A DNA stretch of 64,000 nucleotides from Candidatus Blackburnbacteria bacterium RIFCSPHIGHO2_12_FULL_44_25 (GTDB lineage Bacteria; Patescibacteriota; Microgenomatia; UBA8517; UBA10165), in the NCBI GenBank assembly GCA_001816455.1, contig MHCB01000038.1:7965-71964 (forward strand), in the 5' to 3' direction. The notes under the pieces were generated by a model. That model was not told the DNA's origin and did no database searches. It saw nothing but the letters and a program-made list of their open reading frames with translations. Position 1 is the stretch's first letter. Each line of letters starts with the position of its first letter. Shown here piece by piece: positions 1 to 9,911 of this stretch. A program made the position numbers and the translations under genes.

Positions 1-2
1 CT

Positions 3-344
3 TTTGAGGAGGCGGCACGACAATTACGCGATATTTGGCTTGAGTTTGGCAGGGCTGGGGACCAACATCAAGCGGTTGGATCTAGACGTAGTAAGATTGA
101 GGCTCTTGATAAATCTCTGTCTCCTGAGGCTAAACGTTATCTTGACGAGGAGGTTTCGGGGGAAGGGCGGGGAGTTATTACAAGGGGGCGCGAAATACAG
201 CTTCAGGCTCTTAAGGAAGTTCAAGGCGAAAAAGCTCGAGAGAGGCGGAGGGTTGAAGCCGAGAAGGAGACAGCGAGAAGACAATCAAGAGGGCAAAAAA
301 GAGCAACTAGAAATCGGAAGGCTGAGGAGCGTCGGCGGAATTAG
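3..344 (+). CDS. 3' end of a gene cut by the window start; strongly charged K/R/E-rich C-terminal tail; product unknown
   Basis: Frame 3 is open from the window edge to TAG at 342-344 and reads protein-like (…EALDKSLSPEAKRYLDEEVSGEGRGVITRGREIQLQALKEVQGEKARERRR…). It has no in-window start codon, so it is absent from the ORF track. It is convergent with pheT. Confidence 0.3.
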   Translation, partial: FEEAARQLRDIWLEFGRAGDQHQAVGSRRSKIEALDKSLSPEAKRYLDEEVSGEGRGVITRGREIQLQALKEVQGEKARERRRVEAEKETARRQSRGQKRATRNRKAEERRRN

Positions 345-365
345 GATCGGTCTGTTGAATAGTTT

Positions 366-2390
366 CTATTTCAGGGAGATTTGAAGTTTTTCTTTGAGAG
401 TTTTTAGGATTTTTTTGCGGATTTCTTCTACTTCACTATTGGTTAGAGTTTTTTCGGGGTCTGAGTAGCTTATTCTTAGGGTTTTTGTGTCTTCGTAAAC
501 ATCGGCAAGCCCGACCTTTGTTATCTGTTTGTCGACTTTTTTAATTTCCTCTATGACTTCTGCCAAATAAACACCATGGGGTGTAATAAGGTTAACATCT
601 TCTACCTGTGGAGGATTTTTAGGGATTGGATGTAGATTGGGAATATCTTTTGCGCACTTCTTTAGTTCTCTCACGGAGAACTCGTAGTAGAGATGGCCAG
701 AATTTAAGTACCCGAAGTAACCTAAGACCTTTTTGTCGGACTTTACAGCCAGAGATCTTCCGGTCTCGTATCCTTCTTGATCTTTTGCTTGCCAGATTAC
801 CGCAACTCGCATCTCTTTCAATAACTGTTCTACGACCCCTTTTGCTTTTCTGTAATCGTAATTTGCAAAAACTCCTGCCAGCATTAGCTTCTCCTCGGGA
901 AGATCCTCTGTTTTGGGTAAGTAGGTATTTGAAATTTCAAACAAGTGGAACGGACCTTTTTCTCTTTTGTTGTCTTCTACAGCTCGGACAACTGACGGAG
1001 CAAGAGACATTCTTAAGTATTCCCCTTCTTTTCCCAGGGGATTTTTTAGCTTTAGTGGAGTTTGCAAGGTCTGACCTTTTAAGACTGGTAGGGAGGATAG
1101 GTTTTTGGAAACTAAAGAAGATGTGTAGACTTCTGTTCCATCTAGAGCTTTGAGGGTGTTTTTTAATTTTGTTTCGAAGTTAAAAGTAGAGTCTGTTGGT
1201 TGGTTTGGTAGGGGGCCAGACATAAGAGTGCTTGGGATGTTATGGTAGCCGTATATTCTTGCTATTTCTTCAACTATGTCTTCGGGAATTGAGACGTCAA
1301 GCGCGCGGTAGGAGGGGATTTGGACGGTTAGGTTGTGGGTTGTAGGTTGTAGAGTTATACCAAAACCCAAAGAGCAGAGGATGGTTGTTACTTCCTTTGC
1401 TGGGATTTTTATTCCCAACCTCTCCTCTATAAATTCTTCGGAAATTGTGATTTTTTTAGGTTTGTAAGGGTTGGGGTAGATGTCGTGGATTTTGCTGACA
1501 ACTTTTCCGTTGGCAAGTTCTTTGTAGAGCTGTATTCCTCTTAGGATTGCAGTCATTCCCAATTCCGGATCTACTCCCCTTTCGTTCATTGATGCTGCTT
1601 GTGTTCTTACTCCCAAAGACATAGAGGTCTGTCGGATGCGAGCAGGACTGGTGTTGTCTACAAAAAAGATTATGCGGCGAGTGTTTTTATTTACAACACT
1701 GTTTTCGGTTCCCATAATTCCCGGAAGATCTACAATCTCTCCCGTTCCATCGTCGATTACAATGTCGCCACCCGGGAGTTTAAAAGTTTTTTTGTCTAGG
1801 GTAGTTAATTTTTCTCCGGGTATTGATTCTCGAAAAATAAGTTTGTGAGTTTTTATACGGTCGTAGTCGAATACGTGGGTTGGATGTCCCGTTTCAAGCA
1901 TTACATAGTTTGTAATGTCTATTAAGGATCCCAGCGAGCGAATACCTGAATCTTCAAGGCGATTTTTTAGCCAGTCTGGAGAAGGAGCATTTGTGACTTG
2001 TAAAACGACGGCCATTACCCTTTTTGTGAGTTTGGGGTTTGTTGAAATGTCCAAAGGTAGGGTGTCTGCTTCGGGTTTGACTGTGGCGGGAGTTGGTATT
2101 TCCAGTCTTGCTGGGAATTTGAAGCGAGGTAGAATTGCTGCAGCTTCTTTAGCAATACCATAAACGCTTGCTGAGTCGACACGATTGGTTGTTACTTCAA
2201 TAGAATAAACCACGTTGTAGTTTGCAATACGCTTCGCTTTCGCTACGCGATTGTAAACAGGGCCGGTTTTGCCTTCGCGGATTCTTTCAACGGAGGGGCC
2301 GCAAAGAGACAAGCAACGCTGAAGGTCTTCCGGAGAAGCCTTGGTTTTTAAAAACTCTCTTAGCCAATTGTCGGGGATAAGGATGTCCAT
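366..2390 (-). CDS. pheT: phenylalanine--tRNA ligase beta subunit
   Basis: 674-aa ORF with PheT-like sequence (B3/4, B5 and anticodon-binding regions). It lies immediately downstream of pheS in the usual pheST arrangement. Confidence 0.85.
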   Translation of the reverse strand: MDILIPDNWLREFLKTKASPEDLQRCLSLCGPSVERIREGKTGPVYNRVAKAKRIANYNVVYSIEVTTNRVDSASVYGIAKEAAAILPRFKFPARLEIPTPATVKPEADTLPLDISTNPKLTKRVMAVVLQVTNAPSPDWLKNRLEDSGIRSLGSLIDITNYVMLETGHPTHVFDYDRIKTHKLIFRESIPGEKLTTLDKKTFKLPGGDIVIDDGTGEIVDLPGIMGTENSVVNKNTRRIIFFVDNTSPARIRQTSMSLGVRTQAASMNERGVDPELGMTAILRGIQLYKELANGKVVSKIHDIYPNPYKPKKITISEEFIEERLGIKIPAKEVTTILCSLGFGITLQPTTHNLTVQIPSYRALDVSIPEDIVEEIARIYGYHNIPSTLMSGPLPNQPTDSTFNFETKLKNTLKALDGTEVYTSSLVSKNLSSLPVLKGQTLQTPLKLKNPLGKEGEYLRMSLAPSVVRAVEDNKREKGPFHLFEISNTYLPKTEDLPEEKLMLAGVFANYDYRKAKGVVEQLLKEMRVAVIWQAKDQEGYETGRSLAVKSDKKVLGYFGYLNSGHLYYEFSVRELKKCAKDIPNLHPIPKNPPQVEDVNLITPHGVYLAEVIEEIKKVDKQITKVGLADVYEDTKTLRISYSDPEKTLTNSEVEEIRKKILKTLKEKLQISLK

Positions 2391-2391
2391 A

Positions 2392-3420
2392 TTAGAATTG
2401 TCGTAAGTGTCTTAGGTCTGTGCTGTATAGGGTTCTAAGATCGTCTATTTCTATTCCAGGTTTCAGGAGTTGGGCGCGTTCTACCCCCCAGCCGAATGCA
2501 AACCCTGAGTATTCCGTGGGGTCTATTCCGCCTGCTTTAAGAACATTTGGATGTACCATTCCGGCTCCCCCTACTTCGTGCCAGCCGCTTTTACAGAAAC
2601 GGCATCCTTTGCCGTCGCAATGGACACAGGAGAAATCTACCTCAAATGAGGGTTCTGTGAACATAAAATGAAATGGGCGGATTCGGGATACTGCTTTTTC
2701 CCCGTAGAATTGCTTTGCAAAAAAGTCGATTGTTCCTTTAAGGTGTGTGATATTGATACCTTTGTCTATTACTAAACCTTCAAATTGATGGAACATTGGG
2801 ACGTGGGTGTTATCCGATTGGCGGCGATAGCATTTGGCAATGTTGATCATTCTGATTGGAGGAACTTTCACTCTTTGCATTTCTCTTGGTTGGCCGGATG
2901 AAGTATGGGGAGTTAGGACCATCTTGCCGTATTTTTTGTCCTCGGGATGGTCTACAAAGAACGTTTCCCATTCGTCGCGTGCGGGATGATCTTTGGGCAT
3001 ATTGAGAGCTTCGAAAGCAAACCAATCCCATTCAACTTCGGGGTAGCGGACGCGCACAAATCCGATTTTCTGGAAGATTCCGGAAATTTCTTCAATTGCT
3101 TGGGTTACTAGATGGAGATTGCCCAAAATCGGTTCTATTCCGGGAACTGTTGGGTCAAACCAGCCTTTCTTTTCTTCTCCGCGTATTTCCTGGATTTTTT
3201 CCAAGATAAGATTTTCCAGGGCATTTTTTGTGTCGTTGAAGATTCTTCCGACTAATGCTTTTTGGTTTGAGTCGAGATTTTTTAAATCCTCTGCGATTTT
3301 ATTTAGCTCGCCATTTCTTCCAAGATAGTTAATTCTTAATTGTTCAAGTTCGGCGACAGAATCGGCGGAATTTATTTGGGCCCAGGCTTGAGTTTTTAGG
3401 TTGTGTAGTTTTTGGTCCAT
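2392..3420 (-). CDS. pheS: phenylalanine--tRNA ligase alpha subunit
   Basis: 342-aa ORF with class II aaRS PheS motifs (…FRPSYFPFTEPS…GWAFGLGVERIAM-like C-terminus). It is 1 nt upstream of pheT. Confidence 0.9.
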   Translation of the reverse strand: MDQKLHNLKTQAWAQINSADSVAELEQLRINYLGRNGELNKIAEDLKNLDSNQKALVGRIFNDTKNALENLILEKIQEIRGEEKKGWFDPTVPGIEPILGNLHLVTQAIEEISGIFQKIGFVRVRYPEVEWDWFAFEALNMPKDHPARDEWETFFVDHPEDKKYGKMVLTPHTSSGQPREMQRVKVPPIRMINIAKCYRRQSDNTHVPMFHQFEGLVIDKGINITHLKGTIDFFAKQFYGEKAVSRIRPFHFMFTEPSFEVDFSCVHCDGKGCRFCKSGWHEVGGAGMVHPNVLKAGGIDPTEYSGFAFGWGVERAQLLKPGIEIDDLRTLYSTDLRHLRQF

Positions 3421-3424
3421 ACTA

Positions 3425-3750
3425 AAAGATGTAAGACATAAGACATTGGATGTTGGACATTAGACCGGTGAACCATTGTAACAAAATCGCCCGTATGTAC
3501 TCTCCAAGTTAATGAAGAACACATACGGGCTCTTCACTTCGTTCAGAGTAAACTGAGCGGTCAAGAACGGTACCACCGTATTTTTTGCTTGTAGGACTCC
3601 GTAGCCTGGGGCTCGACATCCTTTTGTTCTATTACGGGAACTTCCCGGTCCGCCCTACTTCGTAGTTCAGGCGGACGGCCAGGTACCAGTCGGTACCCGG
3701 TCCCGCACCGTCTGGTGCTGGGACTCCGTGGCGAATGCACCACATCAATG
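3425..3750 (-). promoter_or_regulatory. putative T-box riboswitch leader (Phe) upstream of pheST
   Basis: The minus strand reads AAAATACGGTGGTACCGTTC, which matches the T-box consensus AATTAGGGTGGTACCGCG at about 14 of 18 positions. Its UGGU bulge would pair with the A73-CCA of tRNA-Phe. A terminator hairpin (GCCCGTATGT…ACATACGGGC plus a U-run) sits between it and the pheS start. GC-rich structured sequence upstream is compatible with Stem I. Confidence 0.45.
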
Positions 3751-3840
3751 CCTTTGCAATTGTTTTATTGTAGTGCAGGCATGGCTTAGTGTCAACGAGT
3801 TGCTACTTGACAGTGTTTTCACGATATGTACAAATGAATT

Positions 3841-4173
3841 ATGTTCCTGCCTCGTCCAAAGGACGACCAGCCTTTGGCTGGCAGTCTTGGATTTGTTACT
3901 ATCTTTCCTTTGATTCTTTTTGCAGTTGTGGTTCTTGCTGGTATTTCCGTGTTTTCGGATAGTTTTAAGAGGGAGGAAATATCACGTGTGTTGGGGGCCC
4001 AGACTGTTTCCCAGGTAGATACACGTGTTGTCCGAGAGAGACGGGTTTATAAAGTTTTTGGAGTTTTACCGGTTAGTGTACAAGTTGAGGTGTTGGTTTC
4101 TTCGGGGGATGGGGCGGTTGTTGAAACCCATGAGTCTCCCCTAGTTCGGGCTGTAGATTATCTTTCCCCGTGA
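3841..4173 (+). CDS. hypothetical small membrane protein
   Basis: 110-aa ORF with a hydrophobic N-terminal segment, followed by the hairpin at 4200-4234. Confidence 0.3.
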   Translation: MFLPRPKDDQPLAGSLGFVTIFPLILFAVVVLAGISVFSDSFKREEISRVLGAQTVSQVDTRVVRERRVYKVFGVLPVSVQVEVLVSSGDGAVVETHESPLVRAVDYLSP

Positions 4174-4199
4174 ATTTCTTTTTTGTTTGAAGTGCGGTT

Positions 4200-4250
4200 C
4201 CCTGGGTCCTTGCTTTTTTGGCTTGGACCCAGGGTTTGGGCAGTGTTTTT
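4200..4250. terminator. bidirectional hairpin terminator
   Basis: CCCTGGGTCC…GGACCCAGGG stem followed by TTTGGG…TTTTT on the + strand. It also forms on the minus strand downstream of the 4269-5450 gene. Confidence 0.4.
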
Positions 4251-4268
4251 CGACTCGGCCTGGGATCG

Positions 4269-5450
4269 CTACTGTTTTGTGTGCAGCTCGGGGTTGAGCT
4301 GGACGGCGGCCTTGGTCGGACCGGCTTCCAACTCGCCCGTGAGGCTGTTGCGCCAATAACGCAGGTTGGGTCTGCCCGAGAGCTCCCAGGTGCGCACGAC
4401 GGTGCCTTCTGGCTGCAGGCGAATGGGGCCGTTGCTCAGAACGTACACGCCTTGCTGTACCTGACATCCGGGGCCGAGGCTAATGCCTGTGCCTGAATTG
4501 GCGCCCAGCAAGCAACCGTCACCGATGGTGATCACCTCTTTGCCGCCTCCAGAGAGTGTGCCCATGATAGACGCTCCGCCACCGATGTCCGAGCCGGCGC
4601 CAACGAGCACTCCCTGGCTGATCCGGCCTTCGACCATAGAGGGGCCGAGCGTGCCGGCGTTGAAATTGCAGAATCCCTCCTGCATGACAGTAGTGCCTTT
4701 GGCGAGATGGGCTCCCAAGCGCACACGGCTGGCGTCGGCAACACGTACGCCACTTGGTACAACGTAGTCGGTCATGTGCGGGAACTTGTCTACGCCAAAT
4801 ACGCGCAGGTGTACGCCCCGTGCTAGGCACTGCAGCTTGGCCATCTCGAAGGTTTCCGGCGCCAGTGGCCCTTCGCTGGTCCAGAGGACGTTTGGCAGTA
4901 GCCCGATGAGGCCGCTGAGGTTGATGCTTCGAGGCTGGACCCTTCGGTGCGATAGGAGGTGCAGGCGCAGGTAGCAATCGTGCACGTCAACCGGTGGATC
5001 GTCCAGGCTGCCGATGAATGTGACCACAACTGTTTGGGGTACTAAGGTCTTTGTGTGGTCAGGGCTCGTGAGCAGTTGGTGTAGAGCCTTGAGTATTTCG
5101 ATGTTTGGGTGGTATTTGCCGTCGCCTTCAAGTGGTCCAAAGATGCGCAGGACCATTTCTATGTTTGTTCGGGACAAGCTGCGGCTTGCTGAACCAGTGG
5201 AATGGCCTGTCACGTCGGCTAGCACTGCGGCAGTGTCGAAGTGCTCCATCAGGTTCACATGTGGATACCAGGTGTCGAGTACTTGGGCGCCGCCAAACAT
5301 CACTTCGGGCTCACCCGCGTTTACTAGTGTGTGGCTGGCGAGGCCGATGGCGAACGCTGTTGGAGGTTCGTAGACAGGCCGCGCTCTTACCGCTTCGATG
5401 TAGTTGTCGTAGTCTTCTTGTGTCCAGACCGACTGGTGGCTTCTTGTCAC
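4269..5450 (-). CDS. hexapeptide-repeat acyltransferase, actinobacterial DapD-like
   Basis: 393-aa ORF in a roughly 62% GC block. The C-terminal left-handed beta-helix repeats (GVLVGAGSDIGGGASIMGTLSGGGKEVITIGDGCLLGANSGTGISLG) are typical of mycobacterial-type 2,3,4,5-tetrahydropyridine-2,6-dicarboxylate N-succinyltransferase (DapD). Confidence 0.5.
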   Translation of the reverse strand: MTRSHQSVWTQEDYDNYIEAVRARPVYEPPTAFAIGLASHTLVNAGEPEVMFGGAQVLDTWYPHVNLMEHFDTAAVLADVTGHSTGSASRSLSRTNIEMVLRIFGPLEGDGKYHPNIEILKALHQLLTSPDHTKTLVPQTVVVTFIGSLDDPPVDVHDCYLRLHLLSHRRVQPRSINLSGLIGLLPNVLWTSEGPLAPETFEMAKLQCLARGVHLRVFGVDKFPHMTDYVVPSGVRVADASRVRLGAHLAKGTTVMQEGFCNFNAGTLGPSMVEGRISQGVLVGAGSDIGGGASIMGTLSGGGKEVITIGDGCLLGANSGTGISLGPGCQVQQGVYVLSNGPIRLQPEGTVVRTWELSGRPNLRYWRNSLTGELEAGPTKAAVQLNPELHTKQ

Positions 5451-5584
5451 TACCGTGCCTTTCTGTTGCTAAGGTGCTGCCCAAGAGAATTTCTCCTGGG
5501 TTCCGTTTCGACGGAATGAGGAATTATACCGTGCGAGGTTGGTGTAATCAAACATTATGGGTTTTTGGTATACTTAGTTTATAT

Positions 5585-6592
5585 ATGGCAAGATATTTTT
5601 CTACATTTATTCCGGGTTTGGGGGAGGTTGTTCAAGCGGAACTTAAAAGGAAGCTTCCAGATTTAAAAGTTGAGCTTTTGGTTGATGGTCTAGTTGTGTA
5701 CGAGACTGAAGCTTCTATTGAGGAAGTTTCCGCTTTAAGGTTTTTGAATAATAGTTTTTATGTTTTTCATTTTTTTAAAAAAGTTGAACCCAACTCTTTG
5801 GTTGGGATGATGAAGTTTGTTTATAACAGTGATTTTTTGAAGAAGATGTCTGTTCCGCGAGTCAAGAGCCGTGATCGCAGTTTTAGGGTGATTACTTCTT
5901 ATCAAAACAAATTGAGGGCTGTGGAACTTAATGTTTTGAAGAATGCTGAAGAAAAGATTGCGAAGGCTACGCGGCTGACCTTGGATCGGTCAAAACCGGA
6001 TCTGGAATTTTGGTTCTTGGAGCGGTCCGAGGGTATTGGATTTTTTGCTTTGAGGCTAACGTACGATAGACGATCTGAAAAAGACTTAGAACGCGGAGAG
6101 TTGAGGCCGGAGCTTTGCAATTTGTTATGTATTTTGTCTGAACCTCAAGAGGATGATGTTTTTCTTGACCCATTTTCTGGGACTGGAGCAATACTGAGGG
6201 AAAGGATGCAAATAGCGTATAGCAAATTGTTTGTAGGAGAAAAAGATAAGGATAAGTTTGAATGTTTAAAGACAAGGTTTCATAAAAATGATGTAGAAGT
6301 TTTTCAGGCGGATGCGACAAAATTGCCTCTCGGAGACGATTCGGTTAATAAGATTGTTACTGATCCGCCGTGGGGGCAGGCTGAGGAGGTGGAGGCGGAA
6401 ACACTTTACAAAGGAATGTTTGCTGAATTCTCTAGAGTTTTGCGGAGGGGTGGGGTGTTAGTTCTTCTTACGTCCCAGAAAGATATTGTTGAGGAGTTCT
6501 TAAAGGAGAGTTCGGATTTTAGCCTGGATGCGCGGTATGATGTTTTAGTTTCGGGAAGAAAAGCGGGGGTTTTTAAAATTAGGCGGATTTAG
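5585..6592 (+). CDS. THUMP-domain RNA (guanine-N2/adenine-N6 class) methyltransferase
   Basis: DPPWG methyltransferase motif and an N-terminal THUMP-like region. Start set at the ATG at 5585. The ORF-track start at 5105 is read-through of the GC-rich dapD antisense. Confidence 0.7.
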   Translation: MARYFSTFIPGLGEVVQAELKRKLPDLKVELLVDGLVVYETEASIEEVSALRFLNNSFYVFHFFKKVEPNSLVGMMKFVYNSDFLKKMSVPRVKSRDRSFRVITSYQNKLRAVELNVLKNAEEKIAKATRLTLDRSKPDLEFWFLERSEGIGFFALRLTYDRRSEKDLERGELRPELCNLLCILSEPQEDDVFLDPFSGTGAILRERMQIAYSKLFVGEKDKDKFECLKTRFHKNDVEVFQADATKLPLGDDSVNKIVTDPPWGQAEEVEAETLYKGMFAEFSRVLRRGGVLVLLTSQKDIVEEFLKESSDFSLDARYDVLVSGRKAGVFKIRRI

Positions 6593-6929
6593 CTTTTCCA
6601 ACTATTTCTCCGAAGGTTTGAGGATCGCGGACTGCGATGTCGGAGAGTATTTTCCGGTCGAGTTCGATGTTTTTGTCTTTGAGGCTTTTTATAAATCTGC
6701 TGTAGGTGAGGCCGTGTTCGCGGACTGCTGCGTTTAGGCGGACAATCCAAAGAGACCTTAAGTTTCTCTTTTTGTTCTTTCGTCCGATGTATGCGTGTTG
6801 GCCTGCGTGAAGAACTGCTTCTTTTGCGACCTTATAATGCTTACTTCTTGCCTGTTTAAAGCCACGAGCAGCTTTCAACACTTTGTTGTGTTTTCTTCGT
6901 CTTACTATGCCGGTTTTTGTTCTTGCCAT
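6579..6929 (-). CDS. rplT: 50S ribosomal protein L20
   Basis: [24 protein letters not shown]…, a classic L20 sequence. Confidence 0.92.
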   Translation of the reverse strand: MARTKTGIVRRRKHNKVLKAARGFKQARSKHYKVAKEAVLHAGQHAYIGRKNKKRNLRSLWIVRLNAAVREHGLTYSRFIKSLKDKNIELDRKILSDIAVRDPQTFGEIVGKAKSA

Positions 6930-6930
6930 A

Positions 6931-7134
6931 TTACCTTAACCCTAATGCCTTCCGGAATTTTTTCCGGACTGCGCCTGTTACCTCTATTGCCCTTTTGTAG
7001 ACCCTCGATTGTTTCTTACTCTTGTTTGCTTTTAAATGTCGCCCAAAGGACCGCCCGCGTAAAATTTTACCAGTTCCGGTAATTTTTACTCGGCGAGTTA
7101 AAGCTTTTCTGGTTTTGAACTTAACTTTTTTCAT
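6931..7134 (-). CDS. rpmI: 50S ribosomal protein L35
   Basis: 67-aa basic protein [24 protein letters not shown]… in the infC-rpmI-rplT order. Confidence 0.85.
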   Translation of the reverse strand: MKKVKFKTRKALTRRVKITGTGKILRGRSFGRHLKANKSKKQSRVYKRAIEVTGAVRKKFRKALGLR

Positions 7135-7742
7135 GCTGTCTCTTTCGCTACTTTTTCTACCCCTACCTTTTCTGTTTTATTTGACTTGACTGGCGTTAGG
7201 ACCATTATTAGCTGTCTACCTAAAAATTTTGGTTCTTGGTCTACTGCTGATCTGTCCTTTGTTGCCTGTACTACTTTTTCGCTCAAGCGATAGCCAAATT
7301 CCCTGTGGGACATTTGGGCTCCCCGGAACTTGATGACTACTCGGACTTTACTGCCTTCTCCTAGGAATTCCTGGATTTTTTGGAGGCGAGTTTGGTAGTC
7401 GTTTTCCCCGATAAAAGGGGTCAACCAAACTTCTTTTTGCTCGGTCCCCTTTTTCTCCTTTTTCCTTGCCTCTTTTTCCTTTTTTTCTTGCTGGTACCTA
7501 AACTTGGCAAAGTCAATAATTTTTGCAACCGGAGGTTTGGCGTTAGAAGCTATTTCGACTATATCTAGCTCTAGCTCTTTTGCTTTGGCAAGTGCCTCTT
7601 CTCTCGAAAAAAGTCCAAGCTGTTTTCCCTCTGCGTCTACGACGCGGAGTTCTCTTGCTTGGATATTTTGATTAATCCTCCAATATGGTCTTTTGAAATT
7701 ATTCCTTACCGCCAAGTGACTGACCAATTCTACCACAGGCAT
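7131..7742 (-). CDS. infC: translation initiation factor IF-3
   Basis: IF3 N- and C-domain sequence (…INQNIQARELRVVDAEGKQLG…VVIKFRGAQMSHREFG…). The true start may be a non-ATG codon downstream of the ORF-track start. Confidence 0.85.
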   Translation of the reverse strand: MPVVELVSHLAVRNNFKRPYWRINQNIQARELRVVDAEGKQLGLFSREEALAKAKELELDIVEIASNAKPPVAKIIDFAKFRYQQEKKEKEARKKEKKGTEQKEVWLTPFIGENDYQTRLQKIQEFLGEGSKVRVVIKFRGAQMSHREFGYRLSEKVVQATKDRSAVDQEPKFLGRQLIMVLTPVKSNKTEKVGVEKVAKETA

Positions 7743-7776
7743 GCACTTTTCTGCAATCTGGGGTCTGTAAAAGCGG

Positions 7777-9648
7777 TTAAAGGTTTGTTCTTTCTTGAAT
7801 CACTTTTTTGATTTGGCTTTCGAATTCTTTCAGTTTTATAGCTCCTTCGTTTTTGCCGTTTCTTAAGCGTACCGCAACGGAGTTGGAACTTTCTTCCCTG
7901 TCGCCTACTACCAGCATGTATGGAATTTTTCTTACTTGGGCGTCTCTTATCTTTGCTTGAAGAGTTTCCGCTCTGTTGTCCGCCTCTGCCCTTATTCCTT
8001 CGTTTTCAAGAAGTACTTGAACAGAATTTGCGTAAGCTGTATTCCTTTCGGTTATTGGGAGAACTATTGCTTGGACAGGCGAAAGCCAAATGGGGAATGC
8101 TCCGCCATAGTGTTCAATTAAGAACGCAAAGAAACGTTCAAACGAACCAATTAGGGCTCTGTGGATAACATATGGTTTTTCCTCCTTACCTTCTTCGTTG
8201 GTATAAGAAAGACCGAATCTTTTTGGTAGGTTAAAATCGAATTGAATTGTAGAGATGGTATCTTCTTTGCCAAAAACATTAACGGCTTGTATATCTATTT
8301 TTGGTCCATAAAAAGCTGCTTCTCCTGGGGCTATTTTGTATTCGAGTTTATTATCGTCCAACACTTTTTTCAGGGCGTTTTCTGCTTTTTCCCATTCATC
8401 TCTTTCTGCTATTTTATACTTTGCATCTTTTGGGTCAGACAAAGACAATCTCATCCAGTATTGGGTAAAGCCCAAGTCTTTGTAGAATTGTTTTAGAATC
8501 TTTATAACTTCGGTTAGCTGTTCGTCGAGTTGGTCTGGTCGGCAAAATATATGGGCGTCATTTTGTGTGAAGCCGCGAACGCGTTGTAGCCCATGCAGTT
8601 CTCCGGATTTTTCGTACCGATAAACAAGGCCGAATTCGCCGAGCTTAAAGGGCAGATCTCTGTAACTTCTGGTTTTGGATTTATAAACCATCATAGCTCC
8701 GGGACAACTCATTGGTTTTAGGTAAAGTTTTTCGTTATCTACTTCTATTGGGGGGTACATAGAATCGTTGTAAAAGCCTAGGTGACCAGAAGTTTCAAAT
8801 AGTTCGGCTTTTGATATTACAGGGGTGATTGTGTGTTGGTACCCGTGCTGCCTTTCGACCTTGAGCATATAATCCTCAAGCTCGCGGCGAATGATGAATC
8901 CGTTTGGTAGCCAGACGGGAAGGCCTTGACCGATCTCTGGAAAGATTGCAAATAATTCAAGTTCTTGACCTAATTTTCTGTGGTTTCTTTTTTCGGCTTC
9001 TTCCTGCTGCCAGAGATATTTATCTAACTCTTCTTGTGTTGGATAGGCTGTGCCGTAAATTCGAGTTAACATCTTGTTTTTTTCATCGCCATGCCAATAG
9101 GCGCCGGCGATTGATAACAGTTTAAAAGGACCGATTTTTCCGGTTCTCTCTACGTGTGGCCCTTTGCAGACATCAACAAAAGTGTTAGGCGGGCTATCGC
9201 CTTGTATTGTGTAGATGCTTACCTTCTCGCCCCTTTTGTTTGCTTCCTCAATCCATTCAAGTTTGTAAGGATTGTTGGAAAAAGCTTTTCGTGCCTCTTC
9301 AACCGACATTTCGGTATGGGTGATTGGAAAATCGGCATTAATAATGTCCTGCATTTTCTTCTCGATTTTTGGGAGGTCTTTTTCTTGGATTTTTCGCTTG
9401 CTGTCAAAGTCAAAATAAGAACCCGAAGACGGAACCTTGCCACTTGCGTGGTAAGAACCCGAAGACGGAGTCTTGCGGAACCTTGTTTCGCCTTCTAAAT
9501 CGAAATCGAAATAGAAACCCTCTTCTGTTGCGGGGCCCATCGCAGCTAGGAGTCCCGGATAGAGTTTGAGCATGGCCATGGTTAAGACATGCTCCGCGCT
9601 GTGCCTCATTGTTTCCATTGGGTTTGGTTGATCCTGTTTTTTTGACAT
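7777..9648 (-). CDS. thrS: threonine--tRNA ligase (N-terminally short, no TGS domain)
   Basis: Class II ThrS catalytic and anticodon-binding domains (…HRALIGSFERFFAFLIEHYGGAFPIWLSPVQ…) and the editing-domain HSAEHVL motif near the N-terminus. Start chosen at MSKKQ (9648). Confidence 0.85.
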   Translation of the reverse strand: MSKKQDQPNPMETMRHSAEHVLTMAMLKLYPGLLAAMGPATEEGFYFDFDLEGETRFRKTPSSGSYHASGKVPSSGSYFDFDSKRKIQEKDLPKIEKKMQDIINADFPITHTEMSVEEARKAFSNNPYKLEWIEEANKRGEKVSIYTIQGDSPPNTFVDVCKGPHVERTGKIGPFKLLSIAGAYWHGDEKNKMLTRIYGTAYPTQEELDKYLWQQEEAEKRNHRKLGQELELFAIFPEIGQGLPVWLPNGFIIRRELEDYMLKVERQHGYQHTITPVISKAELFETSGHLGFYNDSMYPPIEVDNEKLYLKPMSCPGAMMVYKSKTRSYRDLPFKLGEFGLVYRYEKSGELHGLQRVRGFTQNDAHIFCRPDQLDEQLTEVIKILKQFYKDLGFTQYWMRLSLSDPKDAKYKIAERDEWEKAENALKKVLDDNKLEYKIAPGEAAFYGPKIDIQAVNVFGKEDTISTIQFDFNLPKRFGLSYTNEEGKEEKPYVIHRALIGSFERFFAFLIEHYGGAFPIWLSPVQAIVLPITERNTAYANSVQVLLENEGIRAEADNRAETLQAKIRDAQVRKIPYMLVVGDREESSNSVAVRLRNGKNEGAIKLKEFESQIKKVIQERTNL

Positions 9649-9729
9649 ATAGCTTTGGAAAACGAGATAAGAACCTCTCTGTCGAGAGAACCTTGCTGTA
9701 TGCTTCGTTGAGAAACTACGCAACAGTAA

Positions 9730-9905
9730 GACTTTTTTGCACAGTGTGGAATTAATTATGCAAAAAAAATCACCTTCTGTTGGAGCCCTCGTGCGAGGAC
9801 GGTTCCATCCAACTTTTTGTGATCTTGATTTTCCCCGGTTCGATGGGGTTCGTTCAGCTTTGAGGTTGGTGAGGTCTCATGCGGGCGCTGGAATTAACTT
9901 AAGTA
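9730..9905 (-). promoter_or_regulatory. putative T-box leader (Thr) upstream of thrS
   Basis: The minus strand reads GGATGGAACCGTC (consensus GGGTGGNACCGCG). Its UGGA bulge matches a U73 tRNA-Thr. It is followed by nested hairpins (GTTGGA…TCCAAC) and a T8 run just before thrS. Confidence 0.4.
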
Positions 9906-9911
9906 TATTCT

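Noticed and set aside
4-384. ORF-track ORFs 4-384 (+) and 24-284 (-) at the window start
   Set aside because: Their translations are low-complexity and arginine-rich in an unconvincing way. Frame 3 of the same region gives a more protein-like C-terminal tail and was reported instead, with low confidence.
5105-5584. N-terminal 160 codons of the ORF-track ORF 5105-6592
   Set aside because: This portion is the stop-free antisense of the GC-rich dapD-like gene. Composition changes abruptly at about 5460, and a good ATG at 5585 begins the THUMP methyltransferase. Treated as a spurious extension.
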